Source: Coprothermobacterota bacterium | Lineage (GTDB): Bacteria > Coprothermobacterota > HKB111 | Length of the DNA stretch: 64,000 nt | Direction of reading: 5' to 3' | Assembly (NCBI GenBank): GCA_037440465.1 | Contig: JBBIUB010000005.1 | Span: forward strand, 9,521-73,520 | Shown: positions 1 to 9,026 of the stretch, piece after piece | Position numbering within the stretch: the stretch's first letter is position 1 | Layout: the number at the start of each line of letters is the position of its first letter | Program-made: the position numbers and the translations under genes | Notes under the pieces: model-generated | What the model was told of the DNA's origin: nothing | What the model saw: only the letters and a program-made list of their open reading frames with translations | The model's database searches: none

Positions 1-1456
1 ACCAGGCTGATTTATAATCGCCCCTTTTTAAGTTAAACCAGAACCGATTCAGGATTCCCCAGTATTGTGTCAAAATACCCATAACCAAAACGAAGACTAT
101 AGATTTCATCAAGCCAAGAGATTCCCAGGGATCTATCAGGGGTAAATAACCCAGAATCTTCCCTCCGGTTGTGACTCCCGGTGAATAACCAAACCAGGTC
201 CAGGTTAGAATTCCCACCAAGAATGTAGCACCGCTTAAATAAAACGCAAGTCCAATAGCCTTTAATGTTCCTTCATTAAGAGAATACTTCTTATAAAGAA
301 AAAGCGATATCATAAATAAAAATATTGCATATCCAGCATCACCCAGGTTTATAGCAAAAAATAGAGTAAAGGGTGCAGCCAATATTGGTGTAGGGTCCAT
401 CCCCCAATACCCTGGCAAGCCAAAGAATGTAGTTATTACCTCATAAGGTCTAAGCCATCTTGGATTTTCAAGGCAAACCGGTGGTGAATCATCAACCTGA
501 GGAGAATATGCTTCTAAAAACCCATAAGGAAATATCTTTGTAAATCCATATTTTAAATCTTCATAATCGTGAGCCTTAATCCACCCTTGAAAAAACAAAC
601 AGAGATTCGTCCCACCCATTTTCTCAAGAGCATCTTTTCTTGCGACCTGGCTCTGAAGGTAATCATAATACAACTTAACTTGAGGAAGATACGGTATCAA
701 ATCATTCTTTTCCTTCTCTACTTCTTTAAGCCTTTTTTCTGCTTCCTCTTTTTTCTGGATAATCAAATTATATATTTCTGCAAAGCTTGTTGAATCATAA
801 ACAAGGTAATATGATGTGTCAATAGGTTTGAAAAAGTAATCAGCCAAAAAAGAAATAACCTTTTCATTATCCCTTCTATCCCAGGCAAGGAGAATATACA
901 TATACTCTTGTAATTCAGATATTTTTCTGATGTTTAAAGATTCTAATTGGTCTCTCTTCCCTTCAAATGCATCTTGAAACATTATCCAATCTTTTTTCTT
1001 AAAAGAGCCAATTCTATAGGAAAAGAATTTTGAATCAATAAAATCCTGAGGAGAAGAAGAAAGGTTATTTATTGGTTTAATAGTTTGGATGTCATTACTA
1101 GCATTTCCTATCTCTTTTTTTAGGGCTTCTTCTTCCTTTATAAGATCTTTGTAATAAGTATAGATGAATTCAAATTTTATTTCCTTTTCAATTCTTGAAA
1201 ACTCTACTTCATCTACTTCAGGTTTTTCAATAATTAAATTAAGTAGACTCTGCTGTTTTCCAGGAATAAGGTATTCAATGACTTCTTCTACTTGCCTGAG
1301 CAAAACTTCAGGTTCTACCTCAACAGAAAGAGGTGATTCCTTTTCTAAAACTTGAGAAAACTCGAGAACTCCTTTAGAGCCTACATATTGGATAAGAAGA
1401 GGGTAATCCTTTTTAAGAACCGCCCCTTTAACTTTGAGCATTTTAGCTATTGCCAC
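1..1456 (-). CDS. ntpI: V/A-type ATP synthase subunit I (5' part; runs off the window start)
   Basis: Missing from the ORF track because it has no stop in the window. Manual translation from GTG 1456 gives MAIAKMLKVKG..., and the same frame later reads PPVCLENPRWLRPYEVITTFFGLPGYWGMDPTPILAAPFTLFFAINLGDAGY, the subunit I signature region. Confidence 0.9.
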   Translation of the reverse strand, partial: MAIAKMLKVKGAVLKKDYPLLIQYVGSKGVLEFSQVLEKESPLSVEVEPEVLLRQVEEVIEYLIPGKQQSLLNLIIEKPEVDEVEFSRIEKEIKFEFIYTYYKDLIKEEEALKKEIGNASNDIQTIKPINNLSSSPQDFIDSKFFSYRIGSFKKKDWIMFQDAFEGKRDQLESLNIRKISELQEYMYILLAWDRRDNEKVISFLADYFFKPIDTSYYLVYDSTSFAEIYNLIIQKKEEAEKRLKEVEKEKNDLIPYLPQVKLYYDYLQSQVARKDALEKMGGTNLCLFFQGWIKAHDYEDLKYGFTKIFPYGFLEAYSPQVDDSPPVCLENPRWLRPYEVITTFFGLPGYWGMDPTPILAAPFTLFFAINLGDAGYAIFLFMISLFLYKKYSLNEGTLKAIGLAFYLSGATFLVGILTWTWFGYSPGVTTGGKILGYLPLIDPWESLGLMKSIVFVLVMGILTQYWGILNRFWFNLKRGDYKSAW

Positions 1457-1775
1457 TATTCACCTGTTCGAATAAATATTGAAGGAGAAGATCTTGTATA
1501 TCTTTTCTTCTAACAGAAATGATATTTTTATATTCCTCATCAAGTGTTGTTTCTTGTGCTATTAGTTCATCTTTAAAATTTTTCAACTCTTTTTCTAATT
1601 CTTCTTCAAGACCTTGAGTTAACACCTCTATCTCGTTAAGGTATTGATTCCTGAGAACTTCTATCTGTTTCTCGGCTTCTTCAAGAATTTCTTTGCTTTT
1701 CACTTTTGCATCATCTTCAATCATTAAAGCTTTTTCTTCAACAAACTTAAGTTCTTTGATAAGGTCATCTTCCAT
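1443..1775 (-). CDS. V/A-type ATPase peripheral stalk subunit (G/H-like)
   Basis: 110 aa E/K-rich coiled coil (MEDDLIKELKFVEEKA...). GGAGG RBS precedes ATG 1775. The gene overlaps the subunit I start. The track's longer start lies inside tRNA-Ala. Confidence 0.7.
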   Translation of the reverse strand: MEDDLIKELKFVEEKALMIEDDAKVKSKEILEEAEKQIEVLRNQYLNEIEVLTQGLEEELEKELKNFKDELIAQETTLDEEYKNIISVRRKDIQDLLLQYLFEQVNSGNS

Positions 1776-1797
1776 AACACTGCCTCCATTGGTATAA

Positions 1798-1872
1798 TGG
1801 TGGAGATGACCGGATTCGAACCGGCAACCTCCTGTGTGCAAGACAGGCGCTCTCCCGCTGAGCTACATCCCC
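1798..1872 (-). tRNA. tRNA-Ala (TGC)
   Basis: GGGGATGTAGCTCAG...CCTGT-CT-TGC-AC-ACAGG...GGTTCGAATCC...CTCCACCA; cloverleaf with encoded CCA. Confidence 0.97.
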
Positions 1873-1881
1873 ACATAAAAA

Positions 1882-1958
1882 TGGTGGGCCCTTCTGGATT
1901 CGAACCAGAGACCTCATCCTTATCAGGGATGCGCTCTAACCTGCTGAGCTAAGGGCCC
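1882..1958 (-). tRNA. tRNA-Ile (GAT)
   Basis: GGGCCCTTAGCTCAG...CATCC-CT-GAT-AA-GGATG...GGTTCGAATCC...GGGCCCACCA. Confidence 0.97.
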
Positions 1959-2024
1959 AACCGTTATATAATATCATATATACAAATTATCATAAAATAT
2001 TTTATAATTTGAAAGGTAGAAAAG

Positions 2025-2591
2025 ATGCCCTTAAAAAAACCAAATAACAAAGATAATATTAAAATATTTCTTATTCTTAGTATCCTTGGACTTGTAATGA
2101 TTATTAAGGGCGGTCAATATCTTATTAGCTGGCCAATCTCTCAGGAATTACCTGAGATACAGTTTACTGAAAACGATTATTTATCCCTTCTTAGCCAATA
2201 CGCAATATTTAAAAACCAGCTAAAAGAAAACGGAAATGCTTCGCTTTACTTTACTCCCCAGATGTTAAAATCATATCTTAAATTTGAACCAGGTGTAGCA
2301 AAACAGTTTCCTGTTCAGGAAATTTTTGTAAATGATAGAGATATAGAAATAAGGTTAGAGAATAAAATTAAAGGTGAAATATATGAGATATATTTACTTT
2401 TACAACCTCAAGAAAATAATGGTAGATTATATCTTAAAGTGCTTAAGGCAACAGCAGGACGATTAAAGATACCTTCAATTATTGCCCAGAAGAAGGTTGA
2501 TGAAGTTATTGAAACTATTTCTTTACCTTTTTACCTCAAGTCTATTGAAATTAATAAAGAAGGGATAAGTATAATTGCCAAAAAACTATAA
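2025..2591 (+). CDS. Hypothetical membrane-anchored protein (possibly YpmS-like)
   Basis: 188 aa with one N-terminal TM helix; overlaps the ftsK start. The family guess rests on loose C-terminal resemblance only. Confidence 0.6.
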   Translation: MPLKKPNNKDNIKIFLILSILGLVMIIKGGQYLISWPISQELPEIQFTENDYLSLLSQYAIFKNQLKENGNASLYFTPQMLKSYLKFEPGVAKQFPVQEIFVNDRDIEIRLENKIKGEIYEIYLLLQPQENNGRLYLKVLKATAGRLKIPSIIAQKKVDEVIETISLPFYLKSIEINKEGISIIAKKL

Positions 2592-4623
2592 GAAAAAAAG
2601 ATCAAAAAAGAGAGTTAACTGGAAGCGCCTGGCAAGAAACCTGCTGCTATTTGCTTTAGTAACTCTAATATTAGTTTTTGCTGTTACTCTCTTCCCTCTC
2701 TACTGGCCAATACTATTGAATGGTTTAAAGAGCGCCACAAGTTATATGTTGAGAATTGCACTAAATCTACCATCTCTTCTCAGAAGCTATGTTCCATCAA
2801 TGTTAAGCTGGTACTTTGGAGAATGGCCTTCAATTTTTCTATTTGTTTTAACCATTCTTTTTTTAACAGTTTATCTTTATAGAGGAAAACCACACATTCT
2901 ATTCCTTTGGTTATTTTTATTATTCCTGTCTGGCCAAGCATGGAGTGGCTATTTATATCCCAATTACCCTCTTTATAAAGAGCCCACTCGATGGATTGGA
3001 CGGCTTGGTGTTTACTTATTCGAGACACTGGCTATTCCTCTGGGTGAACTCCCTGCTATAGTTATATATTCCTTCCTTACACTTATTTTCTTTATATTTA
3101 CTCTTTTTGGCTTGAAGAAAATAATATTTTCTTTAAGAAAACCAAATTCATCAACTTCCTTAACTAAGCCACCTAAGCCTCGACCTAAACTCAAACCCTC
3201 CTCTTTAGAACTCACAACTGAATATATTCTTCCTTCATCAGATATGCTTAAAGAACACCCTACAAAAACAGAGTTAATTAATAAAGACCGTTTAGCTGCA
3301 ATTGTCGATGAAACCATAAACAGTTTTGGTATCAATGGTATGGTTGATGAGGTTACAACAGGACCAACCTTTCTAAGAGTGACGGTAAAAGTTGAGAGAG
3401 GTACCAGATTAAATCAGTTAACATCTATATCCAACGAATTATCAATGGCTCTGGGAGTATCAAAGGTTCGAATAGATGCCCCTATCCCGGGTAAACCCAA
3501 TACCGTAGCCATAGAAGTACCAAGAGAGAAAAGGAGTATTGTCTCCATAAAAAACATTATTAAAAGCCAGGAATTTAATTCTTCTAACACGCCTTTACCG
3601 CTTGTTCTGGGGTTAGCAGACAATCCAATAGTAGAAGATATTAGAAACTTACCTCATCTTCTAATAGGCGGTTCCAGTGGAACAGGAAAAACAATTTGTC
3701 TTCATAGTATTTTATGCGGTATTTTATTTACCTCTACACCTCGGGAAGTAAGGATTGTACTCATAGATCCCAAGAGGGTTGAGTTCATAGATTACGAAGG
3801 TATCCCTCATCTGTTATACCCGGTAATAACAGAAGTAAACACCGCTGTTCGTGTATTAAAACTTCTAACTCATGAAATGGATAATAGATACAAGCTTTTT
3901 GAGGAAAAGAGGGTCAGTGACCTTCAAAGTTACAATAAGATTGTTAATGAACAAGAAAAATTGCCTTACATCCTTATAGTTGTAGATGAACTGGCAGATA
4001 TGATTAGCCTTAATAAAGAGTCTGAAAAATTCATAGTTCGACTGGCACAAAAAGCTCGTGCTGCGGGTATTAATCTGATAGTAGCTACTCAAAGGCCTAC
4101 TATAAATGTGGTTACTGGTTTAATAAAAACAAACTTTTCTTCTCGCATAGCTTTTGCTGTTCCCACACAGATAGACTCAAGAATAATATTAGACAGAGGA
4201 GGTGCTGAAAAACTTCTCGGGAAAGGCGATATGCTTTACTTATCTCAGGAAGCTTCTAAACCAAAAAGAATACAGGGGGCATTTCTGGATAAAGAAGAGC
4301 TTAGAGCCATAATATCTCATTGGAAAAAACAACTGAAGGAAGCTCCTCTTGCTCCACCAGAAGAGCCACTATCACAAGAAGAATTAGAGTATGATGAAGA
4401 AATAGACCCATTAACAAGAGAAGTTGTAAAAATAATTCTTCAGCATGGTATGGCATCCACTTCTCTTTTGCAGAGAAGACTAAGCATTGGCTATGCCCGC
4501 GCTGCTCGAATCCTTGATTACCTTGAACATCGTGGTATAGTAGGTCCCGGAGAGAGTAGTAAACCCAGAAAACTCCTTATCACAAAATGGGAAAACCTAC
4601 CACCCGACCTCTTTGAATCATAA
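2575..4623 (+). CDS. ftsK: DNA translocase FtsK/SpoIIIE
   Basis: N-terminal TM segments, PHLLIGGSSGTGKT, IDPKRVE, VVDELAD, RLAQKARAAGI-ATQRP, gamma domain LQRRLSIGYARAAR. Confidence 0.96.
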   Translation: MPKNYKKKRSKKRVNWKRLARNLLLFALVTLILVFAVTLFPLYWPILLNGLKSATSYMLRIALNLPSLLRSYVPSMLSWYFGEWPSIFLFVLTILFLTVYLYRGKPHILFLWLFLLFLSGQAWSGYLYPNYPLYKEPTRWIGRLGVYLFETLAIPLGELPAIVIYSFLTLIFFIFTLFGLKKIIFSLRKPNSSTSLTKPPKPRPKLKPSSLELTTEYILPSSDMLKEHPTKTELINKDRLAAIVDETINSFGINGMVDEVTTGPTFLRVTVKVERGTRLNQLTSISNELSMALGVSKVRIDAPIPGKPNTVAIEVPREKRSIVSIKNIIKSQEFNSSNTPLPLVLGLADNPIVEDIRNLPHLLIGGSSGTGKTICLHSILCGILFTSTPREVRIVLIDPKRVEFIDYEGIPHLLYPVITEVNTAVRVLKLLTHEMDNRYKLFEEKRVSDLQSYNKIVNEQEKLPYILIVVDELADMISLNKESEKFIVRLAQKARAAGINLIVATQRPTINVVTGLIKTNFSSRIAFAVPTQIDSRIILDRGGAEKLLGKGDMLYLSQEASKPKRIQGAFLDKEELRAIISHWKKQLKEAPLAPPEEPLSQEELEYDEEIDPLTREVVKIILQHGMASTSLLQRRLSIGYARAARILDYLEHRGIVGPGESSKPRKLLITKWENLPPDLFES

Positions 4624-4631
4624 TTGAAACA

Positions 4632-4770
4632 GGATTCAAGGGGTCAAAGAATATGACGAGTGACAGGTGATAGGTAATGAGTAATGTGTAATAAGTGAAG
4701 GATCACATGTCACACTTCACCTGTTACATATTACAGGTAATATATCACATCCTTTAACACTCTTGATTTA
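4632..4770. repeat. Inverted tandem 7-mer array nested within 8-mer repeat arms
   Basis: GGATTCAA GGGGTCAA, then seven GTRA-type heptamers (4653-4701), then mostly inverted heptamers (4702-4750), then degenerate inverted 8-mers. Confidence 0.8.
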
Positions 4771-4791
4771 AGCAAATGTTTGCTGTATTAT
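4763..4791 (+). promoter_or_regulatory. Sigma70-type promoter for tRNA-Leu/murC
   Basis: TTGATT-17 nt-TATTAT ending 9 nt before the tRNA. The spacer contains the palindrome AGCAAA-TG-TTTGCT. Confidence 0.55.
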
Positions 4792-4800
4792 AAATTGTTA

Positions 4801-4887
<87 letters not shown>

Positions 4888-4921
4888 TTAGCATTTCATA
4901 TAAGAGGTTTTCATTTAATAC

Positions 4922-6328
4922 ATGCTTAAAGAGTCATCAATACTAAGAGAAGTAAAAAATATCTACCTTATTGGTATAAAAGGCAGAGGTATGTCAGCCC
5001 TGGCCAGCATACTTACTAACCTTAGTATTGATGTAAGTGGGTCAGACACAAGTCAAGAGTTTATAACAGACCAGATTCTAAAAAAATTACCTGTAAGAGT
5101 AATGGAAGGCTTTAATTCTGAAAACATACCTCCAGGTACAGACCTTATCATATCATCAGTTGCTTATTATGATTACCGTACTAATATTCCTCTATTAAAT
5201 AACCCAGAAGTTAAAAAGGCTCTTGAGAAAAAAATACCAATCCTGGCTTATCCGCAATTCCTGGGGAATCTCTTCAACGATTCTTTTGGAATAGGAATAT
5301 GTGGGACTCACGGAAAAACTACAACTACAGCCATGATAGGCTTAATATTAGAAAGCGGGGGGTTGGACCCTACTGTACTAACAGGAGGAGAAGTACTGAA
5401 GTGGGGTCAGAACAGCAGAGCAGGCATGAGTAAATATTTTGTACTTGAAGCAGACGAGTATAGAGAATCTTTCCTTAATTATCAACCTGAAGTACTGGTA
5501 GTTGGTCCTATTAATTACGATCATCCCGATTTCTTTAATAATTTTAACTTATATAAAGAAGCTTATAAAAAAATAATTTCTCAGGTAAAAAATAATGGTT
5601 TAATAATTGCTTGTGGAGACAATCCTAACACATTGGATGTTTTAAGAAAAAGAATAACCTGTAAAACATTAACTTATGGTATTTCTTCTTCCTCGGACAT
5701 AACTATTTCTGATAGAGATGTGTTTAACGGTAATCAACACTTCAATGTCTTATGTAAGGGTAAAAATTTGGGCAGATTCTCCCTTCCACTACCTGGAGAT
5801 GGTTACTTAATAAATTCCCTGGCTTCCATTGGAGTAGCTTTAGACCTCGGCATAGACATTGATAGTATCAGGGATAGTCTGAAAAATTATCAGGGAATAA
5901 AAAGACGCTTTGAAGTTAAACAAAAAAATCCATTTACTGTCATAGATGACCACGCTGGTCTTCCTGCGGAAATAGAAACCACCTTGAAGGGAGCGAAGGA
6001 GTTTTTCCCGGGAAAGACGATATGGACAGTATTTCAGCCCCATACTTTCAGCAGGACCGAAGCCTTGATGCAAGATTTTGCCCAATCTCTATTAATCGCT
6101 GATAGGGTTGTAATTCTGGATATTTATGCCCCTGCAAGAGAACCAATAGGAAATGTGCACTCTACTGACCTGCTCAAATTGATACCAGAAAAGGGGATAT
6201 ATAAAAAAACAATTCCAGAAGCTTTTAACTATTTGATAAAAGAAATAAGAGAGGGTGATGTAATTATTACCATGGGAATAGGAGATGTCTGGCCTCTTGC
6301 AGATGCTTTAACCAAAAACATAAAATAG
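4922..6328 (+). CDS. murC: UDP-N-acetylmuramate--amino acid ligase (MurC family)
   Basis: IGIKGRGMSALA, GTHGKTTT, EADEY, DHPD, GIKRRFE, FQPHTFSRT. Confidence 0.9.
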   Translation: MLKESSILREVKNIYLIGIKGRGMSALASILTNLSIDVSGSDTSQEFITDQILKKLPVRVMEGFNSENIPPGTDLIISSVAYYDYRTNIPLLNNPEVKKALEKKIPILAYPQFLGNLFNDSFGIGICGTHGKTTTTAMIGLILESGGLDPTVLTGGEVLKWGQNSRAGMSKYFVLEADEYRESFLNYQPEVLVVGPINYDHPDFFNNFNLYKEAYKKIISQVKNNGLIIACGDNPNTLDVLRKRITCKTLTYGISSSSDITISDRDVFNGNQHFNVLCKGKNLGRFSLPLPGDGYLINSLASIGVALDLGIDIDSIRDSLKNYQGIKRRFEVKQKNPFTVIDDHAGLPAEIETTLKGAKEFFPGKTIWTVFQPHTFSRTEALMQDFAQSLLIADRVVILDIYAPAREPIGNVHSTDLLKLIPEKGIYKKTIPEAFNYLIKEIREGDVIITMGIGDVWPLADALTKNIK

Positions 6329-6339
6329 GGCGGTAGGTA

Positions 6340-6732
6340 TCATTTTAATGCACCTGTTTCAATTATCTCAAGATAAAAGAATTTATCACGTTCTCTCAAC
6401 ACAGCTTCAACTCTAACAGGTGTTCCTATATCATTTTCTTCATATGGATTAAGCCCACCTGTATAACCACCAGCATAAATATAGCCTGTTTTATCCTTTA
6501 ATACCCAGAGCACACCAAGTGATTCTGGAGAGGGTTTTAATTTATCATCTGTTTCAAAACCGTTGAAATCACCATAGATAATAACTTTTTTTCCAACATA
6601 ATTGGAGGGATTCCTTAAAATCTCATTAATAGTAATAACGCCAGGTTCTTTTTGTTTCAACTGGCAAGCAGAAAAAGATATTAAAATTATGAACATAAGA
6701 AAAAGCGTTGATATTTTAAGTGTAATTTTCAT
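6340..6732 (-). CDS. Hypothetical lipoprotein (possible OB-fold)
   Basis: Signal peptide with lipobox FSAC; GGAGG RBS. Confidence 0.7.
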   Translation of the reverse strand: MKITLKISTLFLMFIILISFSACQLKQKEPGVITINEILRNPSNYVGKKVIIYGDFNGFETDDKLKPSPESLGVLWVLKDKTGYIYAGGYTGGLNPYEENDIGTPVRVEAVLRERDKFFYLEIIETGALK

Positions 6733-6900
6733 AATTCCTCCGTTTATTATTCTTTATGATATTATAGAATAGTTTATCAAGTGTTTAATAAGACAATTTA
6801 TTAATTTTAAGCCAGGAGCTAATTATATTGATAATACAATTAATAATAAATAAATTACACAAGCAATCATATTGAGAAAATCTTTTAATAGAGAGCAATA

Positions 6901-7677
6901 ATGGAACTTGTAGTCCTTTATCCCCACTTAAAAAACCAGGTTATAGCAAAATCCCTTCTTTATAAACACAAAATCACCTGGGTCAAGGCTGGAGATAGAA
7001 TACCAGATACTCCACTATTAGTAGTAGCAGGTGGGGATGGGACAATAAATTATGCTGTTAATAATATTAGTTTAGAAAAAACAAAACTCCTCATTATACC
7101 TTTAGGAAGGGGAAATGTACTGGCAAACGCTCTGAATATCCACCTCAAATTTCCTTTTGATATTATCAATAAAAAATCCCGAGAAATTCAAGCTCCCCTA
7201 TTGGAGGTTAACGGAAAGCTTGCTGTTATGGGCGCTGGAGTTGGAGAAGGTAGTAAAATTATGTACTATGCAAATCCCTACTCTCAATTAGGAATTTCTT
7301 CTTATTTCGTTACTGGCTTTAGAACAATACCATTCTGTATGCCCTTACAGATAAAGGTTAATGGTATTCTATATACCGATTTATTAACTATAGAATTATC
7401 TCTCTGGGGAACATCAAGTTGGGGACTACCATTAACAAACTTACCTTCTTCCAGAGGTCCTTTTCTCATTCTGGTAAAAGGTTTTCCTTTTTTAACAGCT
7501 CTTTCTTTTCTTACAGGTCATCTACCTGAATGGGAAGGAGTCACAACGCTTGAAGGTAAGGAGTTTCTCCTTGAATCAGATGAAGATATAATGGCGCATA
7601 TAGACGGAGAAGCTTTTATCACGAAAAAACTTGAATCAAAATTATCAGATAAAAGGGTTACAATATTAGCTTTTTAG
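6901..7677 (+). CDS. Diacylglycerol/lipid kinase family protein
   Basis: VAGGDGTIN, IIPLGRGNVLA, C-terminal HIDGE. Confidence 0.85.
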   Translation: MELVVLYPHLKNQVIAKSLLYKHKITWVKAGDRIPDTPLLVVAGGDGTINYAVNNISLEKTKLLIIPLGRGNVLANALNIHLKFPFDIINKKSREIQAPLLEVNGKLAVMGAGVGEGSKIMYYANPYSQLGISSYFVTGFRTIPFCMPLQIKVNGILYTDLLTIELSLWGTSSWGLPLTNLPSSRGPFLILVKGFPFLTALSFLTGHLPEWEGVTTLEGKEFLLESDEDIMAHIDGEAFITKKLESKLSDKRVTILAF

Positions 7678-9026
7678 CTTAGTACCTCAACAAATTTTTT
7701 GAACTTCTCTCCCCTATCTTCAAAATCTAAAAACTGGTCATAAGAAGCGCAAGCAGGTGATAAAAGAACAACATCTCCTGGATTAACAAGGGTATATGCT
7801 TCTTCCACAGCTTCCTGCAAATTATTCCTAATAGAATAGTTGGAAAAGCCTGAATACATTAAGGACCTTTCTATTTGCCATCTGGTTTCCCCTATAAGAA
7901 TAATCCATTTAACATTCAAATTAGGTATTTCTCTGGTTAATGGTGAAAAATCTACTTTCTTATCACTACCCCCCAGAATAAGAACCTTAGGCTCTGGTAT
8001 TGCCTTCAGGGCTACCAGTGTAGCGTGTGGAGTAGTAGCCTTAGAATCATTGATATAAGATACACCCTTAAAAGTGCGAACAAACTCAAGACGATGATGT
8101 AGCCCCTTGAAGCTTCTAATGGAGTCTGGAATGGTCGTTGATGATACTCCTGCTGCTATGGCAGCAACTGAAGCTGACATTACATTCTCCAGATTATGCT
8201 CTCCAATTAATGGCACTTCTTCAGTAGAGATTAATTTCTCTTCTCTTCCATTCCACCTGTAATAGATTAATTTATCTTTAATATAAACTCCTTCTTTACC
8301 ATGGTCAAAGGGTGCAAAATATGCTTTTCTGGTATTAGCTTTCTCCATAATTGATAGAACTCGCTTGTCCCTTCCATTTCCAATTAAAAGATCGTCTGGT
8401 TCCATGTTTAGATAAACACGACTAATAATCTTCTCAAATTCTTTCATAGAAGAGTGTCGGTCTAAATGGTCTTCAAATATATTCAGAATAATTGCCACTT
8501 TTGGGTGAAATTTATCAATTGTCTCAAGTTGAAATGAGCTAACTTCCACTACTAACCATCCAGATGAAGGTACTTTTTCTATTACCTCAGTCAGGGGTGG
8601 CCTAATATTTCCACCAATCCCCGCTTGAAATCCTGCATCTGTCAATATTTTAAATATAAGAGAAGTTGTGGTGCTCTTGCCATGAGTTTCACTAACAGCT
8701 ATTATTGGAGAAGATGTAAACCTATATGCCAGCTCCAACTCTCCCCAAATGGGAATATCTTTAAGTCGGGCTTCATTAAGAAGGTCTATATCTAAACGAA
8801 CACCCGGACTTACTACGATAAGATCTTTATCATTAATAAGAGAAAGTGGGTGACTTCCCAGAACAAGTTCAACCTGATTTAAGGGGTAAGATTGAAACTT
8901 CTCCCTTAATAACTCTTTCTTATCTGTTCCCACTATCTTTGCTCCATGTTTCAAAAGAAGCCTAGATGCAGCCACTCCGCTGTCAGCTAAGCCAACTACA
9001 AGAACATTTTTCCCATCAAGATTCAT
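7674..9026 (-). CDS. murD: UDP-MurNAc-L-Ala--D-Glu ligase
   Basis: VVGLADSG, SPGV, EVSSFQLE, DHLDRH, NDSKAT, GGSDK, SPACASYDQF. Confidence 0.93.
   Translation of the reverse strand: MNLDGKNVLVVGLADSGVAASRLLLKHGAKIVGTDKKELLREKFQSYPLNQVELVLGSHPLSLINDKDLIVVSPGVRLDIDLLNEARLKDIPIWGELELAYRFTSSPIIAVSETHGKSTTTSLIFKILTDAGFQAGIGGNIRPPLTEVIEKVPSSGWLVVEVSSFQLETIDKFHPKVAIILNIFEDHLDRHSSMKEFEKIISRVYLNMEPDDLLIGNGRDKRVLSIMEKANTRKAYFAPFDHGKEGVYIKDKLIYYRWNGREEKLISTEEVPLIGEHNLENVMSASVAAIAAGVSSTTIPDSIRSFKGLHHRLEFVRTFKGVSYINDSKATTPHATLVALKAIPEPKVLILGGSDKKVDFSPLTREIPNLNVKWIILIGETRWQIERSLMYSGFSNYSIRNNLQEAVEEAYTLVNPGDVVLLSPACASYDQFLDFEDRGEKFKKFVEVLS

Noticed and set aside
569..1355. Plus-strand ORFs 569..793 and 1164..1355
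   Set aside because: Antisense shadows of the V-ATPase subunit I gene.
1776..1841. N-terminal extension of the 1443..1841 ORF
   Set aside because: It overlaps tRNA-Ala; the RBS supports ATG 1775.
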